From Eledone cirrhosa (taxonomy: Eukaryota): a DNA stretch of 64,000 nucleotides. Within the stretch, counting starts at the first letter, position 1. The number at the start of each line of letters is the position of its first letter. The notes beneath the pieces were generated by a model. The model saw only the letters and a program-made list of their open reading frames with translations, made no database searches and was not told the origin of the DNA. Position numbers and translations under genes: made by a program. Shown here piece after piece: positions 39,249-55,738 of the stretch. The DNA lies in assembly GCA_964016885.1 (NCBI GenBank), contig OZ024740.1:276892001-276956000 (forward strand), in the 5' to 3' direction.

Positions 39249-39373
39249 ATATATATATATATATATATATGTAAATATGATAATAATGGAGCTGCGGCGT
39301 TGCAAATGGGTTACATATGAAAAAGTTTGTCCTTCATCAGTGATCTTCCAACCATCATATATATATATATATT

Positions 39374-39712
<339 letters not shown>

Positions 39713-39808
39713 TTTTTTTATTTTTTATTTTTTTATTTTATAGAAGGAGCTTCTACAGGACTAGTACTGTTTCATTCATACTGTTTCATATATATATATA
39801 TATATATA

Positions 39809-39903
<95 letters not shown>

Positions 39904-40484
39904 CGCGTAAGTGCGTGTGTTTGTGTGTGTGTGTTAACTTTCCTTAATTTATCATTAATAATCTGTGATGAACATGTTATCTCTGCTCGCCACTTAATTT
40001 CAATGGCTTATATTTTTTAACACGATATCTTAATTTCTCCTCGCTTTATTTCTTCCTTTTCTTTTTTCTTCTTTTATTTTCCTTTATTTCATTCCTGAGA
40101 TGTTGGTGCTATAATAAGATCACACCTTTTCCCTGACGCCACATAAATTCTATATGTAAATTATTATACCTTAATTGATTGCTATAAATGTTTTGTCTCT
40201 TGTCTCTCACTCCACTGGACCACATTTGACGCTGTGAGCCCCGGTGGACCAGCATTACTTTTGGTAGTGGTCAAAAGTGCCAAAGTCCATCTCAACGACC
40301 GATAACCCTTGAGTTGTGTACGCTTCCTTTGTATTTCTATCTTTTTTAAAACAATTTTTGAAGGGTTATCTTATAAAGTTCTTTTTCGGTTTGCTTTGTT
40401 TTCATTCATTGTCTTGTGCTCTCTGTGTTAATTTTCACACACACACACGCACACAGGCACACACACACACACAGACACACACAG

Positions 40485-40555
<71 letters not shown>

Positions 40556-40682
40556 TGTAGATATATAATTACAATGTGCTTATAATCCAATTTAAAAGTT
40601 CAATATATATGTATATATATTTACACACACACACATATACATACATACACACACATATATGTATATATATATATATGTCCAG

Positions 40683-40743
<61 letters not shown>

Positions 40744-40834
40744 CCTTAGCAATTAAGAATTTCGTCTACATGAATAGAACTGTATTCCTGATGATTGGAT
40801 ATGAATAAAACATTTCTAGTCCTGTAGGATTGAC

Positions 40835-40886
<52 letters not shown>

Positions 40887-40890
40887 CTCT

Positions 40891-40927
<37 letters not shown>

Positions 40928-41049
40928 CATTAATCCGACAGTCTCGGATGATGTCAATATGCAGCCTGAGCAATTAATGTTTTAAGTTTCATATGCTTTA
41001 AGTTTGCTTCAGAATGAAAGGCAGACAGACACAAAAACATTATTCCCAC

Positions 41050-42175
41050 AGACAGAAAAAACCCTTAAGAGACAAAGAACGAAGATCTCAAAAAGGTTAC
41101 ATTACAACTAAAGAACAAGAAGGAATCCCATTTGAAGCAGGGACTGTTTGAAAATGAAACTGATCAAAGATTCTCCCATAAAAGGAGAAGGGCAAAAAGA
41201 GAAGCCATGGCTATAGAAAACATAAAAACGATGCATAAGGCTTTTTTTAAATTTGCAAAATAACCGCTTCGATACGCTACGGGATAGGTACACTTTCTCA
41301 TTAAAGAGGCTCACTGACTGCAGACCTCCAAGGGATACATGAGGTACAGAATGAACAATATACAAGTGTTTTCGCACCTCCAATGAGACACATACAAATA
41401 AATAAGTCAGATGAATTCTTTGACACCATTGCGTTTCATAGAGAAATGGCAATCGTCAACTATATAGATATGAAGGAGGAAGCTATAATATCCGCCATGA
41501 GGCAAAATTCAGCTGTTGGCCCTGATGGATTCCCAGCAATCCTCATAAAAACATGCAAATGAACCTAAGAAAAAGCACTGCAGGTCCCCTTCCAAAGCTC
41601 CTTTACTAGTGGTAGACTACCCGGAAAGCTAAAAGAAGGCATATGTCCGATAGAAAAAAAAGGATGCAGAGCAGATGCTAATAGGTACAGACCTGTCTCC
41701 TTGGTCTTACATTTACCAAATCAATGGAACGAACCGTCAAGAGTAAACTGATCTGGTTACTCGGGGGAAATGGTTTTCTAACTGACACACAACATGGTTT
41801 TCGTTTGTGCAGAAGTTCCTTTACATAGGTCTAACAGCATTACCATTGGGTAATGAAACAGCTACTAGACCGTTCGAATGAGGATGTGATATATTACCAC
41901 TGGATATATTACTACTGAGTAAACAGCTACTAGACCGTTCGAATGAGGATGTAATATATTATCATTGGATATATTACCACTGGGCAAACAGCTACTAGAC
42001 CGTTCGAATGAGGATGTAATATATTATCATTGGATATATTACCACTGGGTACTGAAACAACTACTAGACGGTTCGAATAAGGATGTAATATATCTCGACT
42101 TTGAGAAGGCCTTCGATAAGATTAATCATGGAATATGTCACAAATTACGTAATTTTGAAAATGAAGAACAATGAT
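41050..42175 (+). pseudogene. Decayed CR1/L2-like LINE with an internal tandem amplification
   Basis: GPDGFPAILIK, YRPVSL, QHGFR and DVIYLDFEKAFDKINHG; four copies of AAACAGCTACTAGACCGTTCGAATGAGGATGT at 41855-42090. Confidence 0.8.
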
Positions 42176-42316
42176 TACATTCTCCATGCCGTCCTTTAGA
42201 GATCACGATTGGTGGATTCTATTGCGTGTATGACACAGGTAATTAAATTCTCTGCAGCTTAAGATGGAGCAACTATTACCATGTCTCTGGTAGCTATTAA
42301 GTTAGAATAAGCAAGG

Positions 42317-42415
<99 letters not shown>

Positions 42416-42480
42416 CATACATGAATCTAATATATCTCTGTACAATTGCCTCCCGTGTTTTGTTCGTTCATTTTCATATA

Positions 42481-44282
<1,802 letters not shown>

Positions 44283-44529
44283 TGTGTGTGTGTGTGTGTG
44301 TATACAGACATACTCATACATAAATATACACACAGGCACATATACATATATATATAGTAATAAGAATATATATATAATATATGTTTGATACAACTATAAA
44401 TATGGAGGGTAGTACTAAGTACTAGCCGGCTACCGGTATGACAAAAGGCTTAATGCAAATTTTAAAGTGTTTTACAGAGCCGAGATACAAAGTGTTAAAA
44501 CGTTCAAATTTTAGTTTAGAACATTTATT

Positions 44530-44576
44530 TGCTAACAATTGTTTCTTCCAGAGGGAAGTCTGGAATTATCGGAGCA
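44530..44576 (-). ncRNA. Decayed hammerhead in a ~1-kb TA-flanked element (~44390-45418)
   Basis: UGCU CCGAUAA UUCCAGA-cuuccc-UCUGGAA GAAAC-aauu-GUU AGCA AAUAAA; two substitutions in CUGAUGA. Confidence 0.6.
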
Positions 44577-45437
44577 TAGGGAATGTCAAACCATGCTACT
44601 AAAATTATAGTCATTTAGAACATTTAGGGTACATAATTGTTGTTAGTGTCATAGGTAACATGTGGAGAGTCAGGAGTTAAAAGGATGTTCTGCTTGAAAG
44701 AACACAATTACAGGCAGCACTGGTTGAAAGTGTAAGACGTATAAGCGAAAAGCACAAGCAAAAAGAAAATACATGCAAAAAAGTTATAAGCAAGGAAAAT
44801 TGGTGTACAATGCAGGAGGCAATACAGTCAATAAGGCATGTATGAGGAAAGAGTTATAATGCAGTTGAAATAAACATATTTTGTGTGGGATGTTAAAGCA
44901 TGTTATAATTGTTATAAATGTTTAAGGCATGTGATGATAATGTAGGTATTTGTTAGGTGTAATGCAAAGCACGTGATAGAGTTGGGTATGTGATTTTCAT
45001 TCAAGTGTTTTTGTGTTGTAGTTCGTATGTATGTGAAAATGTTGTTTGTAACTCACAGCTATTAACCATGGGATTATTTTGAGTCGTTTATAGTCAATAG
45101 GTGTTTTTTTGTTAAATGTAAATTCCACCGAATTACTGGCCATGTTGTTATTGTAGCTTTATTATCTTATGCAATTTCTTTTTTAATAACGGTTAATACA
45201 AACCCTAGAAAGGATAATTTGTAGAAAAAATTGTAGTTCTATAAACGTTGTGTGACAACTGCAAATTGAATTGAGTCTGAAGTCTAGCTCACTAGTTTCG
45301 CCTGGGAGTGTGGTAGCGGTGAATTTAAGAGAGTGAAAAGGTACTGAGCAGAGGTTTATAAACTTTAGTTGTAATTTATTTCCCTTCTGATAATACCTGC
45401 TGCAGTTGAGAAACTTTTATATATATTATATATATAT

Positions 45438-45742
<305 letters not shown>

Positions 45743-46433
45743 GAGGTATATGGCCTTTAATGCGACGAAATGCCTACGACGGTTGGATGGCCACTGATGA
45801 GGACAAACTTTTTCATATGTAACCCATTTGCAGCGCCGTAGCTCCATTATTATCATATTTACACATATATATATATATGTATATATACACATATATAAAC
45901 ACTGCATTGTACGCAAAACATGCTCTCAGGCACATATATATGTCTGTAATGTTTATATCCATCTTTTAGTAAGATAAACTAACGTGTTCGATATTTCTGG
46001 AAGTTATCAATAAATAAAAAATATAGCATATATTTTGCATGTCAATGTATGTGTGAGTATATATATATGTGTGTATGCATATGTTTGTGCCTGTGTGTGC
46101 CTGTGTGTTCCTGTGTGTGCCTGTGTGTTCCTGTGTGTTCCTGTGTGTCTGTTTCTAAGAGACACAATATAAAAGTACACAATAACTCAGGAAGTAAAGT
46201 CAGTTATTTTTTTTATTTGGTGAATAGTTTACAGAATGAATTCTGTTTCTATGTGTGCCTCTGAGTGCATGTGTAAGTGTATATATATATATAACTTTAC
46301 CTTGTTTATATCCAGTATTTACCCCTTTAAAATGTTTGTCTTCACCGGTGTTTTAATATTTGTGATGGTCATGTAGTGAATAAAGAAACCATCATCATTG
46401 TCATTATTATTATTATTATCGTTGTTGTTGTTA

Positions 46434-46485
<52 letters not shown>

Positions 46486-46526
46486 GATCATTAGTAGTAG
46501 TAGTAGTAATACTAGTAGTAGTAGTA

Positions 46527-46593
<67 letters not shown>

Positions 46594-46606
46594 CCCTATT
46601 ATTATT

Positions 46607-46662
<56 letters not shown>

Positions 46663-47864
46663 CAACGTCAAACCATCATCATTATTAACGTTGTATACCT
46701 TTCTAGGTATCATCGTCTCCAGCACCATCTCTTATATCATCATTTCTATTAGACATTCCAGGCGTTATCGATATTTCTCCCCATTCATTCAACTTTCCAC
46801 ATCCCGAAATTCCAAACCACTAACCCCAACTTCCTCTATGTTCATTTCTTTAAACATCTATCCACCATCATCCCACTTCCTCATTCACATAGCAGACTGA
46901 TTTGGGGGGAAATGAGTTTATGTTAACAAGAACTTTTATGTGTTCATTTTGTTTCATTTTTACGATGTGATCACTGACGCACCTTAGTCAAACAAATTAC
47001 AAGCGGGATAAACAAAACAAAAAAAGGAACAAAAACGCTCTAATAATGTATAAAATAAAATAAAATAAAATACATAAATAAAGAGAGAAAGTAATGTTTC
47101 TTTTGAATGAGGAACAAATATCCTATTTGGTTAAGGGAGCGGAAAATCGGATGTCGTGACAGTAATTCCATTTCTAAAGGTATTGGTGGTGTAAGTGATG
47201 TGAAATGTTTTTGACCGGCAAGAGAAACCGCTCTGTCGATTTATCTTGACTAGATATTAATTCAACATTTCGACACACCTCTTACATAGAGATGTAACAA
47301 CAAATAAACATAATATTAGTTTTGTTGATAATATTAGTTTGGTACTGTATGCGGCTGGATTAATCTAAGTATATTACTGGTAAATATTTCATCGACACAG
47401 TAAAAATGAAAAGTAAAATCCAGAGCCAAAAGATATGTAACGAAAAGTTGTGAAGAGTTTTTATCGGCTTTTCACTTACTTCGATTATCCACTTCCTGAG
47501 ACAGTGAAACCAATTTATGCAGTAAAGGAAATGTAGTCAATGTTACCTATCCAAGAATGCTATTGGTAATTTTATATCGATCAATGTCAGATGAAGAGGA
47601 AAGTCAATTTTGGCAGAATTTAAATGCAGGAAGTCTGTATAACAAAAACAAAACAAAAACATATTTTCTGAACATTCAGTAGTTCAAATATATGTATTTA
47701 CCTCCGGTTTATTTACAGTAGTGTTAGGTGGACCACTGGATTATCTATCGTATCTAACTCTCCAGAAGTTAAGTTAGTAATTTCTGACTGTTATAAAAAA
47801 AAAACTGAGGGGTGTAGAAATACAACAGCGTTTACAACAATTGGAACTCACGTTATAAAATATG

Positions 47865-48020
47865 GTTTATCATTTAGGCATCATGCTAATCATTTTATGG
47901 GAAGGGAAAGTCGATTAAATCGACCCCAGTGTGTTACTGGTACTTTATTTTATCGGCACCGTAAGGATGAAAAGCGAAGTTAAGCTCGGCGGGATTTGAA
48001 CTCAGAACGTAAAGGGGCGT
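47865..48020 (-). mobile_element. SINE (older subfamily); further copies at ~27530-27690, 36950-37075, 58905-59050 and 60255-60452
   Basis: Consensus matches. Confidence 0.75.
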
Positions 48021-49463
48021 ATTTGTTACTTTTCTGCAATATTTGCCCGCCAATGTTTCTTCTCTTATGACGAGATTATCGGATATCATGGGCGAAAGTC
48101 GTCCACTGACTCAAACCACGAGAATTGATCAAGAAACTAGTTAACAGATAAGTTTGTAATTTTTAAATATATACGTGGAGAAAATACACTTCCTGAGAGA
48201 TTAAGGACCCTATTAGAGCACGTCTACTTCTCTTTTAATACAAATAAATTTATTTAAAAGGATGGAGCTTAGTTGATTTTATAACACGTTTGTGGTTCCA
48301 CGCCAAGCTCTGTAAGAGATAAAATACGCTGCCTTACTCGGAATGTCCTCCCCGATTCTTTAGTACTGTGATATAATGAAGCTTAAGATATTTTTGTTAA
48401 ATACCAGCTGACATACAGATGTTGGTGTAACTTAACAAAATCTTTGTTCGCTATCCCTTATTCCTAACAGAATAAAATATTGAAATTAAATGTATCTGGA
48501 TTTGAACCAGATATCGAGGATGAGAGTAGAGAAAAACTAAATTGTATATAGTATTTAATTACTGTTCTACTGTCTTCACCATCTCCAGCAACAGACATGA
48601 TTCTATTATAATGAATAATAACAAGAAGTACAACTATATTAACAATATACACAACCGTATAAAAGTATAAAATGGCCGCTTCCCAAGTTAAATATAAAAT
48701 GAATTACATGTGCCAATAAGCAACGGCTAAATTATCAAAACTGACGCAATTAGTCCCGACAGATTTTATGAATTCAACAACTGACAATGGAAACAAAAAT
48801 CACCCGTTGCTGATTATTTAAATATACCATTGATCATTTCGTTATTGATACATTGAGGAAGTACGGGTGGATAGAAATGGTAGGGTGACGAAGTAAGTTA
48901 TTTATATAATGCAATCTTGAATTTTATATTTTGAGTTCAATTTCTTCCAGAGTTATTTTATCTTTTCATCATTTTCAGTGAGGGGTGGATAATTTAATTG
49001 CTTGTAATATATATATAATGAGATCGATCCCCTTGACGATATACTTCTGCTATAAACTGAGATTTTGTATCCTTATAAGAAAGCAATATTCTCGGGAGTG
49101 TCTTATAGTATGATAAATATAGAACCAAACAGTTGTCTTTGGCGCGAAGGGTCTACGAATATACTTAAGAGACTAACGGAAGGAAATTAACATAATTTAA
49201 TCAGCCATTATTTCTGAAAAACAACATGAATGACACACGGTCTCACTTTTCTCTTTATTCTACCCGGAATGATTCAACCTTGACAAATGAATATTGAAGC
49301 CAAAACATAGTGTAATGTGATATTTAAGACGTCATGGCTCACAACTAAACGAGAGATGATAAATGCCTTTTTGTATCACACATTTGTTTAATACACGCAA
49401 GTGACATTACACATTCATGTACATACACAAGCACACACACACACACAAGCACACACACACACA

Positions 49464-49583
<120 letters not shown>

Positions 49584-49604
49584 AACACCTACACACAGAC
49601 CTAC

Positions 49605-49644
<40 letters not shown>

Positions 49645-49806
49645 GAAAATAAAAGTCAGCACCCCTACGGCTGAGCTCAGCCTTTGGGGTCCTGATTCTT
49701 TTCATATTACCCCCTCTACTAGCCTAAGTATTGAGTACTCTGGTGCGTTGTGGCCCACCTGGTATCTTACCACTCCCTCTTTGTTATATATATATATATA
49801 TATATA

Positions 49807-50009
49807 TACGGGGTCATCTGAAAAGTCCATAGCCTGATCAAGATACTCTTATGGAATGACCAAATAAGGTTTTTTATCAATATAGTCACTGGAAAGAAAC
49901 AATTCAGTAATTAATAAGAATAGTTGAAATTTATGCATGCAAGATTTCACAGCTCTAGCATCAATCCTAGATATTCATCTTATGAAATTTTCAGCAGCTG
50001 GCCCTCATA
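49807..50009. mobile_element. mariner-derived MITE
   Basis: Imperfect TIRs TACGGGGTCATCTGAAAAGT / ATTTTCAGCAGCTGGCCCTCATA. Confidence 0.55.
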
Positions 50010-50054
50010 TATATATGTATACAAATACATGTATATATATATATATATTATATA

Positions 50055-50154
<100 letters not shown>

Positions 50155-50294
50155 GATAGATATATAGATAGATAGATAGATAGATATAGAAAAAACAGGT
50201 AAGCATTAAGAGAAGGATTTTATCCAGGTATTTACGACCGTTTCATTGGTAAGTGCAACCTATATTGCTATACTGCAAATAGCAGCCACTCAAT

Positions 50295-51254
<960 letters not shown>

Positions 51255-51742
51255 TTGTAAGAAGCAAACAGAAATACCAAAGCAAACGACACAGTTGAAT
51301 GAAGAAATATATTAGTTTAACCCTTGAAATAAGAAGAAAGGTGTCTTTATCAGAAGATAGAATGAGAAATCAAAGATGACATAAAAGATGACATAGAAAG
51401 ATAAAGAGCCAGAAGAGGAAGGAACGGAGAGACAATTGAGAAAAACCACACGTGCGTATTTAGTCAGTCATTTTGGAGTGAATCACTATTAAACTACACG
51501 TTTGTAAAAAAATGTGCGCAAATGTCTACATAAATCTACACATTGACTACATAGAAATGTAAACATGTAGAAATTACGTATCTCCCTGTATATTGAAAAC
51601 TGATATTAACCTGAATCGATTTCGATCATTTTTGTGTTAACATCAGAGAATTATCTACATCATCCAACTATGACAAGTGTGCGGAGCTAGTGTGCAGCGT
51701 CAGTTGTCCGTAACGAGGTAGTGATTCATAATTACTTATAAC

Positions 51743-51912
51743 TACCCTATTTCCCGGCCTCGAAGACGCTACTTTTTTCATAAAATAAGTCTCAAAAATC
51801 TACTATGCGTCCTGGAGGCCGAAGATTGTTTATCAATTTTTTCAAATTTTTGGTTGTCAAACTTAGGGTGCGTCCTCGAGGACGAAGCGTCTTCGGCGCC
51901 GAGAAATACGTA
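51743..51912. mobile_element. pogo/Tc1-mariner-type MITE
   Basis: TACCCTATTTCCCGGCCTCGAAGACGC ... GCGTCTTCGGCGCCGAGAAATACGTA. Confidence 0.65.
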
Positions 51913-51988
51913 TTCTTCTTTTTTTTGCTCGTACATACCACAAGGAATAAGTATCTGATGGCATAGCGCAAATAATAGTACCCCTGGA

Positions 51989-52315
51989 GTGAAGGTGCGT
52001 GGCTTTGTGGTTAGGGAATTCAGCTCACGATCGTAAGGGAGGTGTGTTCGATTCCCGGCAGCATGCTGTGTCCTTGAGCAAAACACTTTATTTCACATTG
52101 CTCTAGTTCACTCAGCTGGCAAAAATGAGTATCTGTAATTCGAAGGGCCAGTCTTGTCACATTCTGTGTCACGCCGAATCTCCCTGAGATTTACGTTAAC
52201 GGTACGCGTGTTTGTGGAATGCTCAGCCACTTGTACGCTAATTTCACAAAAAGGCTGTTCCGATGATAGGATCAACTTGAACACTCGTCGTAACCGACGG
52301 GGTGCCTTCCATTCC
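51989..52315 (+). mobile_element. CORE-type tRNA-SINE
   Basis: A box, B box GTTCGATTCC, CORE-like TGTGTCCTTGAGCAAAACACTT and a (TTCCA)n tail. Confidence 0.8.
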
Positions 52316-52415
52316 ATTCCAGTAGTAGCAGTAGTAGCCGTAGTAGTAACAGTAGCATAGTAGTAATAATAGTAGTAGTAACAGTAGCAGTAGTATTAAT
52401 AATAGTAATAGTAGC

Positions 52416-52478
<63 letters not shown>

Positions 52479-52749
52479 TCCTTATTAAATCTGGTAAAGA
52501 ATGTATAGTTGCGCTTATTTATTTACGGAAAGGCATCAAGCCATGGAATATATTAAAAAGAAAGAATTATTTATTAAGAGGTAAAATCAAACTTTCTCCT
52601 TACACATGATTTCTGCCTTCTGCCACACGTAGTGCCCACTAAAAATGTCATTCATCCCTATAAGAACCCAACGCCTCACTGCATCCTGTAGATGATTGAT
52701 ACATGCATGCTTAAAACCTTACATGGATGCGCGTGTGCAAGCGTTCATA

Positions 52750-52817
<68 letters not shown>

Positions 52818-52853
52818 ACATATACATATACATATACATATATATATATATAC

Positions 52854-52911
<58 letters not shown>

Positions 52912-53082
52912 TCTCCATAAACAACGGGAGGAAGGATTACTTCTGCACGCTTGTATACATACATTACATAATTCTTTGTGTATGAATGCTTACGTATTAG
53001 TTCAACTCCTGTAGAAGTCATTTATCTCTGTAACTCTCTATCTCCACCCCCACTCTCCCTATCTCCCCTCTCTCTCTCTCTC

Positions 53083-53152
<70 letters not shown>

Positions 53153-53365
53153 TGTATGGTTGCAAAAAAAATTGCGTCCGTAGGCGGTATGCCGGTTGAG
53201 AACTCGATGCTCACGCAGAGCAGAGTATAATACTATAATAGTAAAGGAACAAGGATTCAGTGTTGCATCATAACATATTTAATAACATATTACATATGTT
53301 TCACTATCGATCACTATCGATCAATTTACGATTGAATGCGGAACCGACGGAAGGTTGATAACAAT

Positions 53366-53408
<43 letters not shown>

Positions 53409-53559
53409 TAGTCATCGTTAATAACCTACCATCGGTTCCGACGATGGATCTACCAGTTGTTCGAACAACGGAACACCTTGCTCCTGACATAACATGTGAA
53501 AATGCTGCGTCATTGAATCAACTCTGGAAGATTTTAGGCTTTTTATTTATTGATCTACG

Positions 53560-54213
53560 TAATTGTCGCTCTAATATATTTTTGATGTGGTTATAAGCTA
53601 ACTTGCCAAAATATTTTTTTTCCAGGTTGAAGGTTCGGGCCGCTACAGCACTTTAAACACTACCCGTCATATAAGTCATGTCACAGCTGGCTGGTTCCAC
53701 AATTGTGTCGGGATGTGAAGACAACTTTGAGTTGTCAAGCTTGGTCAAATGCTGCACAAATCGACGATATCGTCAAAACTGCTTACGGACTAACATTCAT
53801 AGACCATTCACAAGAGGTTCCAAGAGGGCAAGGAGCAATAATGGACCACCGGAGGTGTGGCAGGGAATGGGACATCAGAACGCTAAAGTTGGCCGACAAA
53901 ATTCACAAATTTCTAGACGAGAACCGTTGTGCATCTCTACTGACGATTGCTAAACAATTTGAAGTGGCTGAGAGAAGGTAAAGCTTAGGAGTATCTGCTT
54001 TGCGGATGTGGAGGTGATGAAGGAAGCTGTGACAAGTTCCCTGGATAACTTTACTTTGGACGACTACAAGGGGGCTTTCCAGAATTGGCTGAAGCGCTGC
54101 AAGTGAATTGCAGTTGGAGGATCCTACTTTTGAGGGAGTTTAGAATTCTAAATAGGATTTTAAATAAATGTCTCTATGATAAAAGTCTTAAAACCTGTTG
54201 AGTGTACTACGTA
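53560..54213 (+). pseudogene. Decayed mariner; a second remnant lies at ~56570-56983
   Basis: FLDENRCASLLTIAKQF and C-terminal remnants; the second has LRDNARPH and HTAxSPDL. Confidence 0.6.
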
Positions 54214-54283
54214 TATGTTGCTCCATACACATGCACATGCTCACGCACATGCACACTCTCACGCACACACGAACATTCACTCA

Positions 54284-54319
<36 letters not shown>

Positions 54320-54510
54320 TATATGCGTGTGTGATAAAAGAATATGCGTTGAATGCAATTCATTCTGACTGAACATCCTAGAAGCCTTTGAAGTTGAGTT
54401 TGATGAGTTTAGTGTGTTTGAAGCTTAAAATTACTACTTCAAGCTAAGAAACAGATCAATTTTGTTAACAGAACAGCCTATATATAAATATTTGTTAAGC
54501 TACTTGTACT

Positions 54511-54553
<43 letters not shown>

Positions 54554-54593
54554 GATTTAAATTCAGGAATTTTATATTCTTTGAATGAAAAGA

Positions 54594-54677
54594 ACCTTCT
54601 GACGAGAATCTCTCTTTGCAACGAAGGCCGTATGGCCTACGTTTTATTTTTGGGATTCGAAACCGATCGGTAAAGGT
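54594..54677 (+). ncRNA. Type I hammerhead ribozyme, copy 1
   Basis: ACCUU CUGACGA GAAUC-[43 nt]-GAUUC GAAAC-CGAUCG-GUA AAGGU; predicted cut after 54672. Confidence 0.92.
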
Positions 54678-55077
54678 AACTATAGTAGGTAAAGTCAATT
54701 TTTTTAAAATTTATTTTGAAACTTTTTCATTATTTACTAAACCTTGTTTATATTTGTTCTGGCTCGTTAATTTATTAACCCGCCATTGAACCACACTGGC
54801 ACTTGGTTGGACAATACATGCGTACCTTGGCGCCTTGTGCGTGAAAGGACGTATTTCATATTACTACTACCTCCACAAACGTTGAGAACAAACCGGGTCA
54901 TTCCGACTGCTGCTGATAACAGCGGTGGCTAGTTTGACCTACCTCCTTTTGCCTCTATCTTTACTACGGCCCTTGATAAACCTGTTCTACATCATCCACT
55001 CTCATCCCAGGAACAGTCTTTGATAGCGCTAGTTTGTGATTTAAATTCAGGAATTTTATATTCTTTGAATGAAAAGA

Positions 55078-55161
55078 ACCTTCTGACGAGAATCTCTCTT
55101 TGCAACGAAGGCCGTATGGCCTACGTTTTATTTTTGGGATTCGAAACCGATCGGTAAAGGT
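55078..55161 (+). ncRNA. Type I hammerhead ribozyme, copy 2
   Basis: Identical to copy 1; predicted cut after 55156. Confidence 0.92.
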
Positions 55162-55561
55162 AACTATAGTAGGTAAAGTCAATTTTTTTAAAATTTATTT
55201 TGAAACTTTTTCATTATTTACTAAACCTTGTTTATATTTGTTCTGGCTCGTTAATTTATTAACCCGCCATTGAACCACACTGGCACTTGGTTGGACAATA
55301 CATGCGTACCTTGGCGCCTTGTGCGTGAAAGGACGTATTTCATATTACTACTACCTCCACAAACGTTGAGAACAAACCGGGTCATTCCGACTGCTGCTGA
55401 TAACAGCGGTGGCTAGTTTGACCTACCTCCTTTTGCCTCTATCTTTACTACGGCCCTTGATAAACCTGTTCTACATCATCCACTCTCATCCCAGGAACAG
55501 TCTTTGATAGCGCTAGTTTGTGATTTAAATTCAGGAATTTTATATTCTTTGAATGAAAAGA

Positions 55562-55645
55562 ACCTTCTGACGAGAATCTCTCTTTGCAACGAAGGCCGTA
55601 TGGCCTACGTTTTATTTTTGGGATTCGAAACCGATCGGTAAAGGT
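55562..55645 (+). ncRNA. Type I hammerhead ribozyme, copy 3
   Basis: Identical to copy 1; predicted cut after 55640. Confidence 0.92.
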
Positions 55646-55738
55646 AACTATAGTAGGTAAAGTCAATTTTTTAAAATTTATTTTGAAACTTTTTCATTAT
55701 TTACTAAACCTTGTTTATATATATATATATATATATAT

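Larger units (their letters stand above)
54551..55720 (+). mobile_element. 484-bp tandem non-coding element (~2.4 near-identical units) with three hammerheads: candidate non-LTR retrozyme
   Basis: Units start at 54551, 55035 and 55519; (TA)n on both sides; no protein-like ORF. Confidence 0.9.

Noticed and set aside
45765-45830. GAAA...CTGATGA as a type II hammerhead
   Set aside because: Stems I and III cannot be formed; kept only as an unexplained conserved motif.
54395-54475. TTGATGA...hairpin...GAAAC just upstream of the retrozyme array
   Set aside because: Core mismatch and no convincing stem I; at most a very decayed relic.
54495-55666. Repeated 67-72-aa minus-strand ORFs (MTLPTIVTF...)
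   Set aside because: Non-ATG starts, antisense to the hammerhead, no recognisable domain; a by-product of the repeat.
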